Source: an uncultured Gemmatimonadales bacterium (GTDB lineage Bacteria > Gemmatimonadota > Gemmatimonadetes > Gemmatimonadales > GWC2-71-9). Taken from it: DNA of 64,000 nt. Shown here one piece after another: positions 28,468-39,240 of the stretch. The notes beneath the pieces are model-generated. The model ran no database searches. It saw nothing but the letters and a program-made list of their open reading frames with translations, and was not told where the DNA came from. Every line of letters begins with the position of its first letter. Position 1 is the stretch's first letter. The stretch covers positions 544,001 through 608,000 of the forward strand of contig CAVSLV010000001.1 in the NCBI GenBank assembly GCA_963728915.1, in the 5' to 3' direction. A program made the translations under genes and the position numbers.

Positions 28468-29352
28468 TCAGGGGTGCTCCGCCTCGGCGTGCTCCCGTTC
28501 TCCCCGGATGAGATACACCCCGCTCGCGATGATGATGGCGGCGCCGGCGAACGTCGCCAGCCCGGGCAGGGTATGCCAGATCGTCCAGTCGAGAATCACC
28601 CCCCACAGGAGCGCGGTGTATTCGAGCGGGGCGATGAAGGAGGCCTGTCCCCGGCGGAACGCTTCGGTAATCCCCCATTGGCCCAGCGAACCGGTGAACG
28701 CCATCGCGATGATGGCGGGCCAGTCTCCCCGCTGAATTGGCCGCCAGTCGGGAAGGGCCAGGATACCGGCGCCGAGGGCGATCATCGCCATGAGCCAGAA
28801 CACCATGCTCTGGCTCGAATCGGTGCGTCCCAGCACTCGCGTGGTGATGGCGGACGCGGCATAGGTCACCGCGGTGGCCAGCACCGCAAGACCGGAGAGG
28901 GTGAGCGCCCCGTGTCCGGTGGGCCGGAGCACCACCAGCATGCCAAGGAGCCCGAGGCCGATGGCGATCCAGCGGGCCCGGCCGATTCGCTCGCCCAGGA
29001 TCATCCCGGCCATGATCGTGATAAAGAGCGGGGCCGCAAAGAAGATGCTGTACGTCTCGGAGAGCGGGAGCGCGCGCAGGCCGTAGGTGAACGTCACCAG
29101 GCTCGAGATCCCGATGATTCCCCGGAACAGATGGAGTCCGGGCCGGATCCGCACCAGCTGTCCCAGCCCGCCTCGGACCGCCGTCCAGAGGAACGCGATG
29201 GGAAGGGCGGAAAGCCCACGGAGGGCCGCCACCTGGAACGCCGAGTAATGGGGCGAGAGCGTCTTGAGGCTCGCGTCCATCATCGCGAAGCCCAGAACCG
29301 CCACGACCATGATGGCCGCGGCCCGGAGATTCTCGGAGCGTGGATGGGTCAA
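28468..29352 (-). CDS. DMT/EamA family transporter
   Basis: About 10 TM segments; LGERIG..RW, ASFIAPLEY; TTG start at 29352. Confidence 0.9.
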   Translation of the reverse strand: MTHPRSENLRAAAIMVVAVLGFAMMDASLKTLSPHYSAFQVAALRGLSALPIAFLWTAVRGGLGQLVRIRPGLHLFRGIIGISSLVTFTYGLRALPLSETYSIFFAAPLFITIMAGMILGERIGRARWIAIGLGLLGMLVVLRPTGHGALTLSGLAVLATAVTYAASAITTRVLGRTDSSQSMVFWLMAMIALGAGILALPDWRPIQRGDWPAIIAMAFTGSLGQWGITEAFRRGQASFIAPLEYTALLWGVILDWTIWHTLPGLATFAGAAIIIASGVYLIRGEREHAEAEHP

Positions 29353-29360
29353 ACGCGACT

Positions 29361-30545
29361 CTAGCGCGGCAGCTCCACCCGCTGGAGATAGCGCAGGTCG
29401 TCTTCGTCGATGCGCGCGAGGTACACCGCGCCGGCGCCGGTCGCGACCAGCGCGGTCTTGGGGGGAAGGCGCCACCGCGCAATCAGCTTCCCCGATCGGT
29501 CGATCACGTCCCACCGCTCCCGCCCCAGCTTCACCGGGACCGAGCGCTTCACCCAGAGATCGCCGTTGGGTGCTGGCAATGCGCCGAGGGTGGCCACCGG
29601 AGGATATTCCGCGGGCCAGGAGGGCGGGGCGGAGACTTCGATGTCGATGGTCACGTTGGGGGGCATCATCTTGCGCACCATCGCCATCTGCTGAGCCGTC
29701 TGCTTCCGGACGGCGTCGAGCTCCGCTTTCTTGTCCTCCTCGGTGACCTTGTAGTGCTCGTAGGGAATCTTCGTGGGCGCCGGCTTTGCCCCGTTGGGCA
29801 GAACGAACTCCACCTGGTAGTTGGCGCCCCGCACCATCGCGATCCTTCCATCCGGCCAGGCCACCCAGGCGTCGGCCGCGATGAGGCCAGGGTACGGCGT
29901 GGTGACCTTGATATGGCCGCCCTGGTTCTGAATATCCTGCTTGCCGGTCGAGGGGGTCCGCACCCGCCCGATGAGGGTGCGCTGCGGGTTAGTGGCCCGG
30001 GGGTCGAACCAGACCAGGTCCATGGAATCGGGGATGATGGCTCCGGTCCCGCTCATCCGGAACTTCATGGCGGTGGAGTAGAGCCGGCCCCGGGTATCGC
30101 TGAACATCAGCCCCTGGATGATCGTGGTGTCCGACTGATCGAACAGCTGAATCGTGAAGGTGGGGCCCGGCTTGAGATCGGGCCCGAACGCGACGATTCT
30201 CGCGGCCGCGCCCTGGCCATCGAGGATCCAGGTGGTGTCACCCGCCACGCGGTAGAGCCCTGCCGGGAGGGTGTACTCGCCCGGGCCGGCGCCCTTTCGC
30301 CCCAGCGGCGCCTTCGAGCCCGCCGGGAAGGTCACCAGGAATACCTGCCCCTCTTCCCCATCGCTGACCAGGACCTGCGACGGACGAATCTCCCGCGCGG
30401 CGAGAATCAGCGAGAACGGATCGTCGATCTCTTTCGTCGCCGCGGGGAAGTCGCGAATCGGCAGGTCCTGGGCGGCGAGCCCGATTCCGTGGAGCGCCAG
30501 GAGGCCAACAAGGGGGAGGGCGGTTGTCCTGGTCGGTTTCATCAC
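29361..30545 (-). CDS. Exported 6-bladed beta-propeller-like hypothetical protein
   Basis: Signal peptide; GRKGAGPGEY..P motif; GDLWV; C-terminal DEDDLRYL. Confidence 0.75.
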   Translation of the reverse strand: MMKPTRTTALPLVGLLALHGIGLAAQDLPIRDFPAATKEIDDPFSLILAAREIRPSQVLVSDGEEGQVFLVTFPAGSKAPLGRKGAGPGEYTLPAGLYRVAGDTTWILDGQGAAARIVAFGPDLKPGPTFTIQLFDQSDTTIIQGLMFSDTRGRLYSTAMKFRMSGTGAIIPDSMDLVWFDPRATNPQRTLIGRVRTPSTGKQDIQNQGGHIKVTTPYPGLIAADAWVAWPDGRIAMVRGANYQVEFVLPNGAKPAPTKIPYEHYKVTEEDKKAELDAVRKQTAQQMAMVRKMMPPNVTIDIEVSAPPSWPAEYPPVATLGALPAPNGDLWVKRSVPVKLGRERWDVIDRSGKLIARWRLPPKTALVATGAGAVYLARIDEDDLRYLQRVELPR

Positions 30546-30632
30546 GCGGGACCCGGGGAAAGGTGTCGCGAAAGCTAATAGGCGAGAGGGCCCGGTTATC
30601 TTGCCGGACCCCTTGCGTTTGAAGCCTTCGGA

Positions 30633-32042
30633 ATGACCACGTCGTCGGGCGCCCTGCCGAGCTCACTCTGGCAGGAGCTCAAGAAAGCCATTCGCGGATC
30701 GGAATCCGACTACACCCAGATCGCCATGGGTCGGGCGGTGTTCCTGCTCGCGGTGCCCATGATCCTCGAGCTGGTGATGGAGTCCACTTTCGCGGTGGTG
30801 GACATCTATTTCGTCGGGGGCCTGGGTCCGTCCGCGGTGGCCACGGTGGGGCTCACCGAAACCTACCTGTTCCTGCTCTACTCGATCGGCATGGGGCTCG
30901 CGATGGGCGTGACCGCCATCGTCGCCCGGCGCATCGGAGAGAAGAACCGGGACGAAGCCGCGAGAACGGCGGTCCAGGCGATCATCATCGCCCTGGTCAT
31001 CGCGGTGCCGTTCGCCCTGGCCGGGATTTTCTTCGCCCGCGACCTGCTCGGTCTCATGGGCGCCGACTCCTGGGCCCTGACCCGGGGCTTCCGCTACACC
31101 CAGTGGATGCTCGGCGGCAACGCGGTGATCATGCTCCTCTTCATCATCAACGCGATCTTCCGCGGCGCCGGGGACCCTTCGCTCGCCATGTGGGTGCTCT
31201 GGATCGCGAACGCCTTCAACATGGTGCTCGACCCCGTGCTGATTCGCGGGCTGGGTCCGTTCCCGGCGCTGGGGATCCAGGGCGCCGCGATCGCCACCAA
31301 CATCGGGCGCGGCGTCGGGGTGCTCACCCAGGTGTTTCTGCTGTTCCGGGGTGGGAAGCACATCCGCATCCTCAAGGAGCATCTCGCGGTGCACTGGCAA
31401 ACCCTGACCCATCTGGTGCGGACGTCCCTGGGCGGCGTGGGCCAGATGATCGTGGGGATGACCTCGTGGATTTTCGTGATTCGCATTCTCGCCGGATTCG
31501 GCAGCCAGGCGGTGGCCGGGGCGACGATCGCGCTCCGGATCATGATGTTCACGATGATGCCGGCCTGGGGAATGTCCAACGCCGTGGCGACGCTGGTCGG
31601 TCAGAACCTCGGTGCGGGCAAACCCGATCGGGCCGAGCGGTCAGTCTGGCTCACCGGGACCTGGATCATGGGCTTCCTGGTCGCGGTCGCGGTCTTCTAT
31701 TTCCTGTTCAGCCGATCGCTGGTCGGGTTGTTCAGCGACGACGCCGGAGTCATTGCGGTCGGGTCGCGCTGGCTGACCATCGTCTCGTACTCGTATTTCG
31801 TCTACGCGTGGTGGATGGTCTCGGTGCAGGCGTTCAACGGAGCGGGGGATACCATGACCCCGACCCGGATCAACATCGTGTTCTTCTGGCTGTTTCAGAT
31901 TCCGCTGGCCTGGCTGCTGGCCAAGCGAACCGACCTCGGGTACGCGGGCGTGTTCTGGGCGGTCTTCGTGTCCGAGACCTCGGTGGGACTTTTCACCCTC
32001 TGGCTCTTCACCCGGGGGAAGTGGAAGACCGTCCGGGTCTGA
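30633..32042 (+). CDS. MATE family efflux transporter
   Basis: LAVPM..E....FAVVD, FRGAGD, LGIQGAAIAT, VGQNLGAG, FNGAGDT. Confidence 0.95.
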   Translation: MTTSSGALPSSLWQELKKAIRGSESDYTQIAMGRAVFLLAVPMILELVMESTFAVVDIYFVGGLGPSAVATVGLTETYLFLLYSIGMGLAMGVTAIVARRIGEKNRDEAARTAVQAIIIALVIAVPFALAGIFFARDLLGLMGADSWALTRGFRYTQWMLGGNAVIMLLFIINAIFRGAGDPSLAMWVLWIANAFNMVLDPVLIRGLGPFPALGIQGAAIATNIGRGVGVLTQVFLLFRGGKHIRILKEHLAVHWQTLTHLVRTSLGGVGQMIVGMTSWIFVIRILAGFGSQAVAGATIALRIMMFTMMPAWGMSNAVATLVGQNLGAGKPDRAERSVWLTGTWIMGFLVAVAVFYFLFSRSLVGLFSDDAGVIAVGSRWLTIVSYSYFVYAWWMVSVQAFNGAGDTMTPTRINIVFFWLFQIPLAWLLAKRTDLGYAGVFWAVFVSETSVGLFTLWLFTRGKWKTVRV

Positions 32043-32044
32043 GG

Positions 32045-32473
32045 TCAGGGCCAGCGCGCCAGCATCTGCCGCAGCTCGTCGCGGTGGTTGGTTTCGTCCG
32101 CGATGATAGTGTCGAAGTCGGCGGCCAGGCCGTGCTCCGCGGCGGCTTCTGCTTCTTTGCGCCGCTGAACATAGCGCTTGATCGTGTCGACCTCGGCCTG
32201 GAGCGCCGCTTCGAGCATGGCTTTGGTTTCGCTCACGACCTTGACCGGAGCGGGCATGGCCGGTGGCGTGCCGCCCAGGGCGGAGATCTTGTCGGCGAGA
32301 ATCTGGGCGTGCCGCAGCTCTTCGGGGATCTCCTTGGCGAAGAAGGCCCGGAGCTCCTGGCGCCAGGGGCCCTGCACCATGCTGGCGTAGAGGCGGTACA
32401 TGATGACCGCCGAGAACTCGTTCTGAAGGTCGATGCCGAGTCCCTTGAGAAGTTTCGCGGTTGCTTTTGCCAT
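32045..32473 (-). CDS. Ferritin-like (bacterioferritin-related) protein
   Basis: NE..A...Y, EELRHAQILADKI..LGG.P, E...I..Y, DETNH di-iron pattern. Confidence 0.88.
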   Translation of the reverse strand: MAKATAKLLKGLGIDLQNEFSAVIMYRLYASMVQGPWRQELRAFFAKEIPEELRHAQILADKISALGGTPPAMPAPVKVVSETKAMLEAALQAEVDTIKRYVQRRKEAEAAAEHGLAADFDTIIADETNHRDELRQMLARWP

Positions 32474-32538
32474 GACGATCCTGCCTCCCCTGTGTTGATC
32501 CATCGGTTAACGATCTCCTGCTCCAACCTACCTGGCGT

Positions 32539-34962
32539 CTATTCGGACTGCATCGCGACGACCGGGCTGATTCGGGATGCCCGCAGCGCGGGAGCCAGCG
32601 CCGCGAGGAGCGATGCCACCATCACCCCCAGAGCGACCACCGCATACGCCGTGGGGTCGGTGGATTGGCCGGGTTGGAGCAGGCCGCGAATCACCTTCAT
32701 GAGGACCGTCGCGAGGGGAACCCCGATCAGCACACCCAGCGCGGCCAGCCGGCCCGCTCCCTGCAGCACCTCCCGCACGATCCGGGAGCGATGCGCGCCG
32801 AGCGCATTGCGGATCCCGATCTCGCGGGAACGACGGCCGGTGTCGAAGGCGAGCACGCCATAGACGCCGATCACGGTCAGGAACAAGCCGACCAGGGCGA
32901 AGCCCCCGATCTGCCAGGCGTTGGAACGCACCCCGCTGAGCTGACGGTCCGCCGTCTCGCGGACCAGCGCGGTGAAGAGGGGCCGGTCGGGTACCAGGCC
33001 GGTCAGGGCAAGCCGAACCGGCCGGACCAGGGGAGCGGGGTCTGACCTCGCCTGCACCAGAAACTGGGGGAACGGGGAAGGGGATTGGGCGTAGGGCAGA
33101 TACAGCTCGGGTCCCTCTTCCGCGAGGAGCAGGTTCGGCTGGGCCGCCTTGCTGTCGGCGACGATCCCGACCACGGTGACCACCACCAGCGTGCCGTCGG
33201 GCTTGGCGAAACGAATCGACCGCCCGATGGGAGACTGGTCGGGCCACCAGTGCTGTGCCGCCCACTGATTCACGATAGCGACATCCATACTGGTCGAATC
33301 ATCGTGCTCGGTGAAGTCGCGACCGTTCCGCAGGCGCACGCCGACCGAGGCGAAATACCCGGGACTCACCAACTGGGCCGCGCCCGGCGCCTGTCCCCGG
33401 GGCAGCGCCTCGGCCGCCCCGCCGACGACCAGGGAAGACTGGCCGTCTTTCGACGGGATCGGCTGAGTCGCCCGGATCGCGACACTCGCCACTCCGGGGA
33501 TCCGGCCCAGCTCGGTATAGATCCGATCGGTGATCGGGAGATAGATCTCGGGAACCCGCCAGGGGTGCGGATAGCTTGGCCCCGCGGAGATGAGCCGGCC
33601 GTCGTCAAAGCCCAGGTCGACCTGGGCGTAGTGGAATGCGGTTCGGGTCATGAAAAAGGCGCCGCTCGCCAGCACAGTGGCGCTGGCGACCTGGGCGACC
33701 ACGAATCCCTGCCGGATCCAGCCTGCGAGGGTGCCGCCGCCACTCCGGTCGGTAGTGCGAAGCAGGTGCTGTACGTCGCCGCGGATCGCGACCCGGGCCG
33801 GGACCAGCGTGATGGCGACCCCCGCGATCGCGGCCACCAGCACCGCGAAGCCGAGGACCCGGAGATCGATGTGATAGTCCATCCCGGCTGGACGCAGCGC
33901 GGACAGCACCGGAAGGGAGCGAAGCACGCCGAGGGCGGAGGCGGCCAGGGCGACCCCTAACACGGTGGCCGCGACCACGATGATCCCGTTCTGGAGCATG
34001 ACGCCGCGGGCCAACCGGGCCGGATTGGCGCCCAGCGCCGCCCGGATGGCGTACTCCCGCTGCTGGCGGATGGTCCGGACCAGCACCAGGTTGGCCAGGT
34101 TGGCGCAGGCGATGAGCAGCACGCAGGCGACGATGGCGCCGAAGACCAGATCGTGGGAGTCGGTGGATCCGGCATAGCGGTCCCGGAGCGGATTCGCGAT
34201 GAGCTGGGTCTTCTCCCCGGGGGTCGGGATGGTTTCGATCCCCGCCACTTCGGCCCGGAGCTGCGCGAGGGTTCGGCCCGGCGCCAGCCGGCCGATCACG
34301 TTGACCGAGCGTATCGACGGTCGGGTGCTCGGGTCGAGCGTGGGCACCGCCGGAAGCCAGAAGTCCGAGTTCACCTCGAACCGGAACTCCGGGGGCATCA
34401 CCCCGATCACGGTGTAATGGGAATCGCTGAGCTTGATGTCCTTGCCGATGATCTCGGGATCCCGGCCGAGCTGGTTGACCCAGACGGCGTAACTCAGGAT
34501 CGCGGTGAGGGGGACGCCGAGACGATCGTCCTCGGCGGTGAACACCCGGCCCCGGAGCGGAGTGGCGTTCAGCAGGGCGAACATGGTGGGGGTGAGCACG
34601 CCGCCGTTGAGCAGGATCGCGTCGCCACCGGTGTTCAGCGATTTGGCGCCGCTGTTGAACGCCCCGATCGCATCGAGGGAATGAAACGGATAGCGCTTGA
34701 GAATCTGGTCGTAGGTGGTGTACCGGACGTCGCAGCCGTTGCGGCAGGCGTCACCGGACGCACCCGGTGTCGCGGGGACCTCGGAAAGGATGACCAGTCG
34801 GCCGGCGTCGGGGAACGGGAGAGCCCGAAGCCGGATTGCATCGATCATGCTGAACGCCGCAACGCTCCCGCCGATGGCGAGGGACAGGGAGACGATCGCG
34901 GTGATGAGGAACACCGGGGTACGAAGCAGCGAGCGAAGAGCGAGCCGGAGTTGGGAGATCAT
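32539..34962 (-). CDS. ADOP-type duplicated MacB/FtsX ABC permease (no adjacent ATPase)
   Basis: LIACANLANL, RE-x-AIRAALGA, IGVYGVL...REIGIRNALGA, RASRISP. Confidence 0.92.
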   Translation of the reverse strand: MISQLRLALRSLLRTPVFLITAIVSLSLAIGGSVAAFSMIDAIRLRALPFPDAGRLVILSEVPATPGASGDACRNGCDVRYTTYDQILKRYPFHSLDAIGAFNSGAKSLNTGGDAILLNGGVLTPTMFALLNATPLRGRVFTAEDDRLGVPLTAILSYAVWVNQLGRDPEIIGKDIKLSDSHYTVIGVMPPEFRFEVNSDFWLPAVPTLDPSTRPSIRSVNVIGRLAPGRTLAQLRAEVAGIETIPTPGEKTQLIANPLRDRYAGSTDSHDLVFGAIVACVLLIACANLANLVLVRTIRQQREYAIRAALGANPARLARGVMLQNGIIVVAATVLGVALAASALGVLRSLPVLSALRPAGMDYHIDLRVLGFAVLVAAIAGVAITLVPARVAIRGDVQHLLRTTDRSGGGTLAGWIRQGFVVAQVASATVLASGAFFMTRTAFHYAQVDLGFDDGRLISAGPSYPHPWRVPEIYLPITDRIYTELGRIPGVASVAIRATQPIPSKDGQSSLVVGGAAEALPRGQAPGAAQLVSPGYFASVGVRLRNGRDFTEHDDSTSMDVAIVNQWAAQHWWPDQSPIGRSIRFAKPDGTLVVVTVVGIVADSKAAQPNLLLAEEGPELYLPYAQSPSPFPQFLVQARSDPAPLVRPVRLALTGLVPDRPLFTALVRETADRQLSGVRSNAWQIGGFALVGLFLTVIGVYGVLAFDTGRRSREIGIRNALGAHRSRIVREVLQGAGRLAALGVLIGVPLATVLMKVIRGLLQPGQSTDPTAYAVVALGVMVASLLAALAPALRASRISPVVAMQSE

Positions 34963-35012
34963 GCCCTATGTTACTGTGAGGCCCGGGAAGTGCCAACGGG
35001 GCTCGGGGAGCC

Positions 35013-35396
35013 ATGGCCACCGCGAACACCACGGCGGGAAAAACCTACACCAGGATCTACGCCGTGGTGCGGCGCATTCCTCCCGGGCGGGTGGCGAGCT
35101 ACGGGCAAGTCGCCAGGCTGGCGGGGTTACCGGGTCGGGCGCGCCAAGTGGGTTATGCGATGTTCGCCCTTCCCCGGGGCACCACGGTCCCCTGGCACCG
35201 GGTCATCAACGCCATGGGAAAGGTCAGCCGGCGGCGGGTGCCCGGCGCCGAGTTGACCCAGCGGATCCTGCTGGAGCGGGAAGGGGTGCGCTTCGGCCGC
35301 GGCGGGAAGGTCGACCTCGAGCGATACCGCTGGAATGCGCTGCCGGCCCGGCACCGGCGTCGAGACTCACTCTCAGGCTCAGGAGACGCGACATGA
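35013..35396 (+). CDS. atl: Alkyltransferase-like protein (ATL, MGMT family)
   Basis: IPPGRVASYGQVA, ARQVG, PWHRV (Trp at the catalytic Cys position), LEREGV. Confidence 0.92.
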   Translation: MATANTTAGKTYTRIYAVVRRIPPGRVASYGQVARLAGLPGRARQVGYAMFALPRGTTVPWHRVINAMGKVSRRRVPGAELTQRILLEREGVRFGRGGKVDLERYRWNALPARHRRRDSLSGSGDAT

Positions 35397-36562
35397 CCAC
35401 GTCCAGGGACGGAGGTTGCCACGAGACCGCGTGGACGACCAGGCGCGGTGGCCGACGCTCGCTGTCGATCGCGTGGCTCGCGCTCCTGACCGGATGCAGC
35501 CATCGCCCACCGCCCGATTTTCTGCCGGACCCCGCCCTGATTGCGCAGATCCGCGAGATCCGCATGACTCCGCTGGTGGAGGCGGCGTGCCCGGGTGAGT
35601 CGTTCCGGATGAGCTACGATGCGGTACTGGAGGACGGAACCGTGGTCCCCTTCGCGACCCGCTACGATCGGGACAATCCCCCCAGGTTGCATGTCCAGTT
35701 TCTCGATCGGACCAGCCCGCAGGCCGATCCGCAAGGGGACGGAGCCTGGAGAACGGATCCGGATCCCTGGCGGTCGGTCATGACCGGCTACGAGCTGGAA
35801 GCGGTGCTCCATGCCAAGCCGTCGGTGCGGGCCGGAACCCGGGTCCCGCCGGAGTACGATTGCATGGACCGGTCCCTTTCCTTCCATGGCGCGAATGGTC
35901 GGGATGCCAGCGGGAAGAACTCCGCGGGACGGAGCGGCGACGGCGGACGGGACGGTCCGGACATCACCGTGCGGGTCGGCATCGTGCACTCACCCTTCAT
36001 CCCGCGTTTACTGGTTGCCGCTATCCAGGTTGGGAACGACGCCCCGCGCTACCGATTGGGCGATGCCGATCGCGTCCCGCCCCGGGCCTGGCTGCGCATC
36101 GAAAGCAGAGGCGGCAGCGGTGGAGATGGAGGAAATGGCGCTCCAGGAAAAGCCGGGGTGGCAGGAAAGGCCGGTTGCCCGGGTGGGGCGGGGGGCCAGG
36201 GTGGCGACGGTCAATTCGGCGGGGGCGGCGGGATGGGAGGAGATGGAGGCTCGCTCACGATCATCGTCCCGGAATCGGATCGGTTTCTGTCCGGAGCGCT
36301 GGACGCGGTGAGCGTGGGTGGAGACGGCGGCCGTGGTGGCAAGGGCGGGGCGGGTGGCGCCGGCGGGGCCGGTGGTCCTGCGAACGGGGTGAGTTGCGCC
36401 GCGGGGCCGGCCGGCGCGAATGGCCGGGATGGGTCTTCCGGCCCGAGCGGGCGGCGGGGTCGTGGGGACCGGGAGGTGACCGTGATCACGGTGCCGCAGC
36501 GCCAGGTGTTCGGCTCGCGGATTCCGCCCGAGCTGGAGGCGCTGCTGAACCCTCCGCGTTAA
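35393..36562 (+). CDS. Hypothetical lipoprotein with Gly-rich (GxGGxGG) repeats
   Basis: ATGA overlap with the ATL stop; lipobox LTGC; three Gly-rich blocks. Start uncertain. Confidence 0.7.
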   Translation: MTTSRDGGCHETAWTTRRGGRRSLSIAWLALLTGCSHRPPPDFLPDPALIAQIREIRMTPLVEAACPGESFRMSYDAVLEDGTVVPFATRYDRDNPPRLHVQFLDRTSPQADPQGDGAWRTDPDPWRSVMTGYELEAVLHAKPSVRAGTRVPPEYDCMDRSLSFHGANGRDASGKNSAGRSGDGGRDGPDITVRVGIVHSPFIPRLLVAAIQVGNDAPRYRLGDADRVPPRAWLRIESRGGSGGDGGNGAPGKAGVAGKAGCPGGAGGQGGDGQFGGGGGMGGDGGSLTIIVPESDRFLSGALDAVSVGGDGGRGGKGGAGGAGGAGGPANGVSCAAGPAGANGRDGSSGPSGRRGRGDREVTVITVPQRQVFGSRIPPELEALLNPPR

Positions 36563-36575
36563 CCCGCGGCCCCGG

Positions 36576-39235
36576 CTACTCGGCGCGCAGCACCTCCACC
36601 GGGTTAACCCGCGATGCCCGCAACGCCGGAATCAGCACCGCGACGGCCGCGGGGATGAGCAGGGCAAACGGAGCCGCCAGGAACGTCTTCACGTCCCGGG
36701 GCTCGATCCCATAGAGCAGAGCCGTGAGCACCCGGGAGAACCCCCAGGCGCCCGCCAGTCCCACCAGGAGTCCCACCACCACGGCACCACTCAACTCGGT
36801 CACCAGCAGTCCGATGAGCGCCTTCCCTCGGGCGCCCAGGGCCGCCCGAATGCCGAACTCGCGGTTGCGCTGGCTCGCGCTGTAGCGGACCACGCCATAC
36901 ACGCCAAGCGAGGCCAGGGCCAGCGCAGATCCGGCAAACAGGGTGAGCAGGGTGACGTTGGTGCGCCTGGGCCGGACCGATTCGCCGATGATCTCATCGA
37001 GCATGCGCAGGTTGTAGCCCGGCTGGGTCGGAGCCACCTCGCGGAGGGCGAGGGTCAGCGCGCCCATCAGCCCGGAGGGTGGCAGGGTCCCTCGAATCAG
37101 GAATCCCACCGAGGCGGGCGGCTGGGCCTCGAGGGCGTAGTACATCTGGGGAGCCGGCTTCCGGTCCAGGCTCATCTCCCTGACGTCGCGGACCACCCCG
37201 ACGATGGTGATCCGCGTGGTATCCTGTTGGGAGGCTCGAATGGACAACCCCACCGGATCCATGCCGGACCAGTACTTCCTCGCCATGGACTCGCTGATTA
37301 TCACGACCCGGGGAGCGAGCGAGTCGTCCGAAGGACGGAAGGTCCGGCCTCGGAGAATCGGAATACCCAGCGCGGCGAAGTACCCCGGACTCGCGATCAG
37401 GTACCGCGCCATGGCGCGTCCCTCGGCCGGTGGCGGCACGCCGTCGAGCTCGAAGGTGATCGAGAGCTTCCCGCCGGATCTGAGCGGAAGGTCGTTCACC
37501 GCGGCGGCGGCGGTCACGCCGGGCAGATGCTTCAATCGGTCCAGCACCCCGTCGATCAGGCGAATCCGGTCGCCTCGACTCTGCGCTCGGGCGAAGCTGA
37601 CCTCCATGGTCGCAATTCCCTCGCTGACCAGTCCGGTCGGCTCGGCCCTGAGCCGGGCAAAGCTGCGGACCAGAAGCCCCGCTCCGACGAGGAGCAGCGT
37701 GGTGAGGGCGATCTCCGCGGCCACCAGACCTTGCCGGACGCGGCCCAGCCCGTGCCCGGTGGCCCCGTGCCCTCCGGCCGATTTGATCGCCTCCGCCACA
37801 TCGAGCCGGGTGCTCGAGAGCGCGGGCCAGAGGCCGAATCCCAGGCCGGTCAGGACCGCGATGAGCGTGGTGAATCCCAGGACCCGCAGGTTCACCGTGG
37901 CGGCAACGGTGCCGGCGAGATCCTCCGGCATCAGGGCCCCGAGGAGGCCGAGCAGGGCCGGCGCGACCAGGAGGCCTAACCCGGCGCCGCCGAGCGCCAT
38001 CACCACGCTTTCCACCAGGAGCTGCCGGACGATCCGGCCCGGTCCGGCGCCGAGGACCTCGCGGACCCCGATTTCCCGCCGCCGCATCGAAGCGTCGGAG
38101 AGCAGCAGGTTGGCGACGTTGGCACAGGCAATCAGAAGCAGCAGCAGGGTCGCCCCGAACAGGATCAGCAGCGCCCGGCGCCGCGGGCCGACCAGCTCAT
38201 CCTGGAGCGAGGTGATCGCTCCTCGAGCCCGATCTCATCCCGGGCCTCGCTGACCCAATCCTGATCGGGGCGGGCCCCGGCGAGGACCCGATCCCAGGCA
38301 AGCCGGGTCCGCGCTTCCGCGGTAGCCATCGTCGCGCCGCGCGCGAGACGGGCAATGGCTCGCGCGGGGAGAAACCCGCGGAACGGCTCGAAGGTGGCAA
38401 ACGTGGTGGGGATCGGCATCGGAATCCAGGCGTCGCTCTGGCTGGGAAACCCGAACCCCGCCGGCATAACCCCGATCACGGTGTACGACTTTTCATTGAG
38501 CCGAATGGTTCGGCCCAGGACGTCGCTGCCGCCGAACTGCTCTTTCCAGAGCGCATGCGACAGGATGACGGCATTGGGTCCGTTGGGGCTGCCTTCCTCG
38601 GGGCTGAAGTTGCGGCCGAGGAGCGGGGACACGCCAAGGGTGGGGAGGAACCCCGCGGTGACCACCCCCATCCGGAGTCGCAGCGGGTGCTCGGGGTCGG
38701 AGAGATTGAGCCCGCCCGATGCGAACGCCGCGACGCTCGAGAAGGCGTCCGGCAGATCAGTAGCGTCCAGCAGGTCGAGCTCGCGCGCGCTGGTCGCCGT
38801 GCGTTGGGCCATCTCGGGTGCGAAGGGGACGGTGACGCGGGTAAGGCTCACCAGGCGGCCCGGATCGTCGAAAGGAAGGCGCCGGAGCAGGGCGGCATCC
38901 ATCGCGCTGAACATCCCCGTCGTGGTCCCGATCCCCAGCCCCATGATCAGGATGACCGGGAGCGAGAGCCCGGGTCGCTGGCGGACTCGCCGGAACGCAA
39001 AGCGAAGGTCCTGGACCAGGCGGTCCAGGGCGCCGAATCCCCAATGGCCGCGACTTTCCTGGGCCAGGGCGGCCGGGTTGCCGAATCGTCGCCGGGATTC
39101 GGAGACCGCCTGGTCCACCGTGCGGCCCGACTGGGCCAGCTGCCTGACGCGCTCCTCCTGGTGGAAGCGCATCTCCTCGTTCAGGTCGTTCGCGGCCTGT
39201 TCGCGCCGCAGGAAATACCAGAGTCGTCGGAGCAT
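36576..39235 (-). CDS. ADOP-type duplicated MacB/FtsX permease with N-terminal permease-prefix domain, one frameshift at about 38229
   Basis: EEMRFH...RRRFGN prefix and QDLRFAFR. Adding one base at 38228-38230 joins this to LIACANVANL...RRREIGVR...RASRVNP. Confidence 0.88.
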
Positions 39236-39240
39236 GAGGA

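Noticed and set aside
35013..35396. Active O6-methylguanine methyltransferase (ogt/ada)
   Set aside because: The motif is PWHRV rather than PCHRV, so it is the non-catalytic ATL type.
35880..36470. Gly-codon repeats resembling a tandem repeat or CRISPR-like array
   Set aside because: Degenerate coding repeats; no fixed-length direct repeats with spacers and no cas genes.
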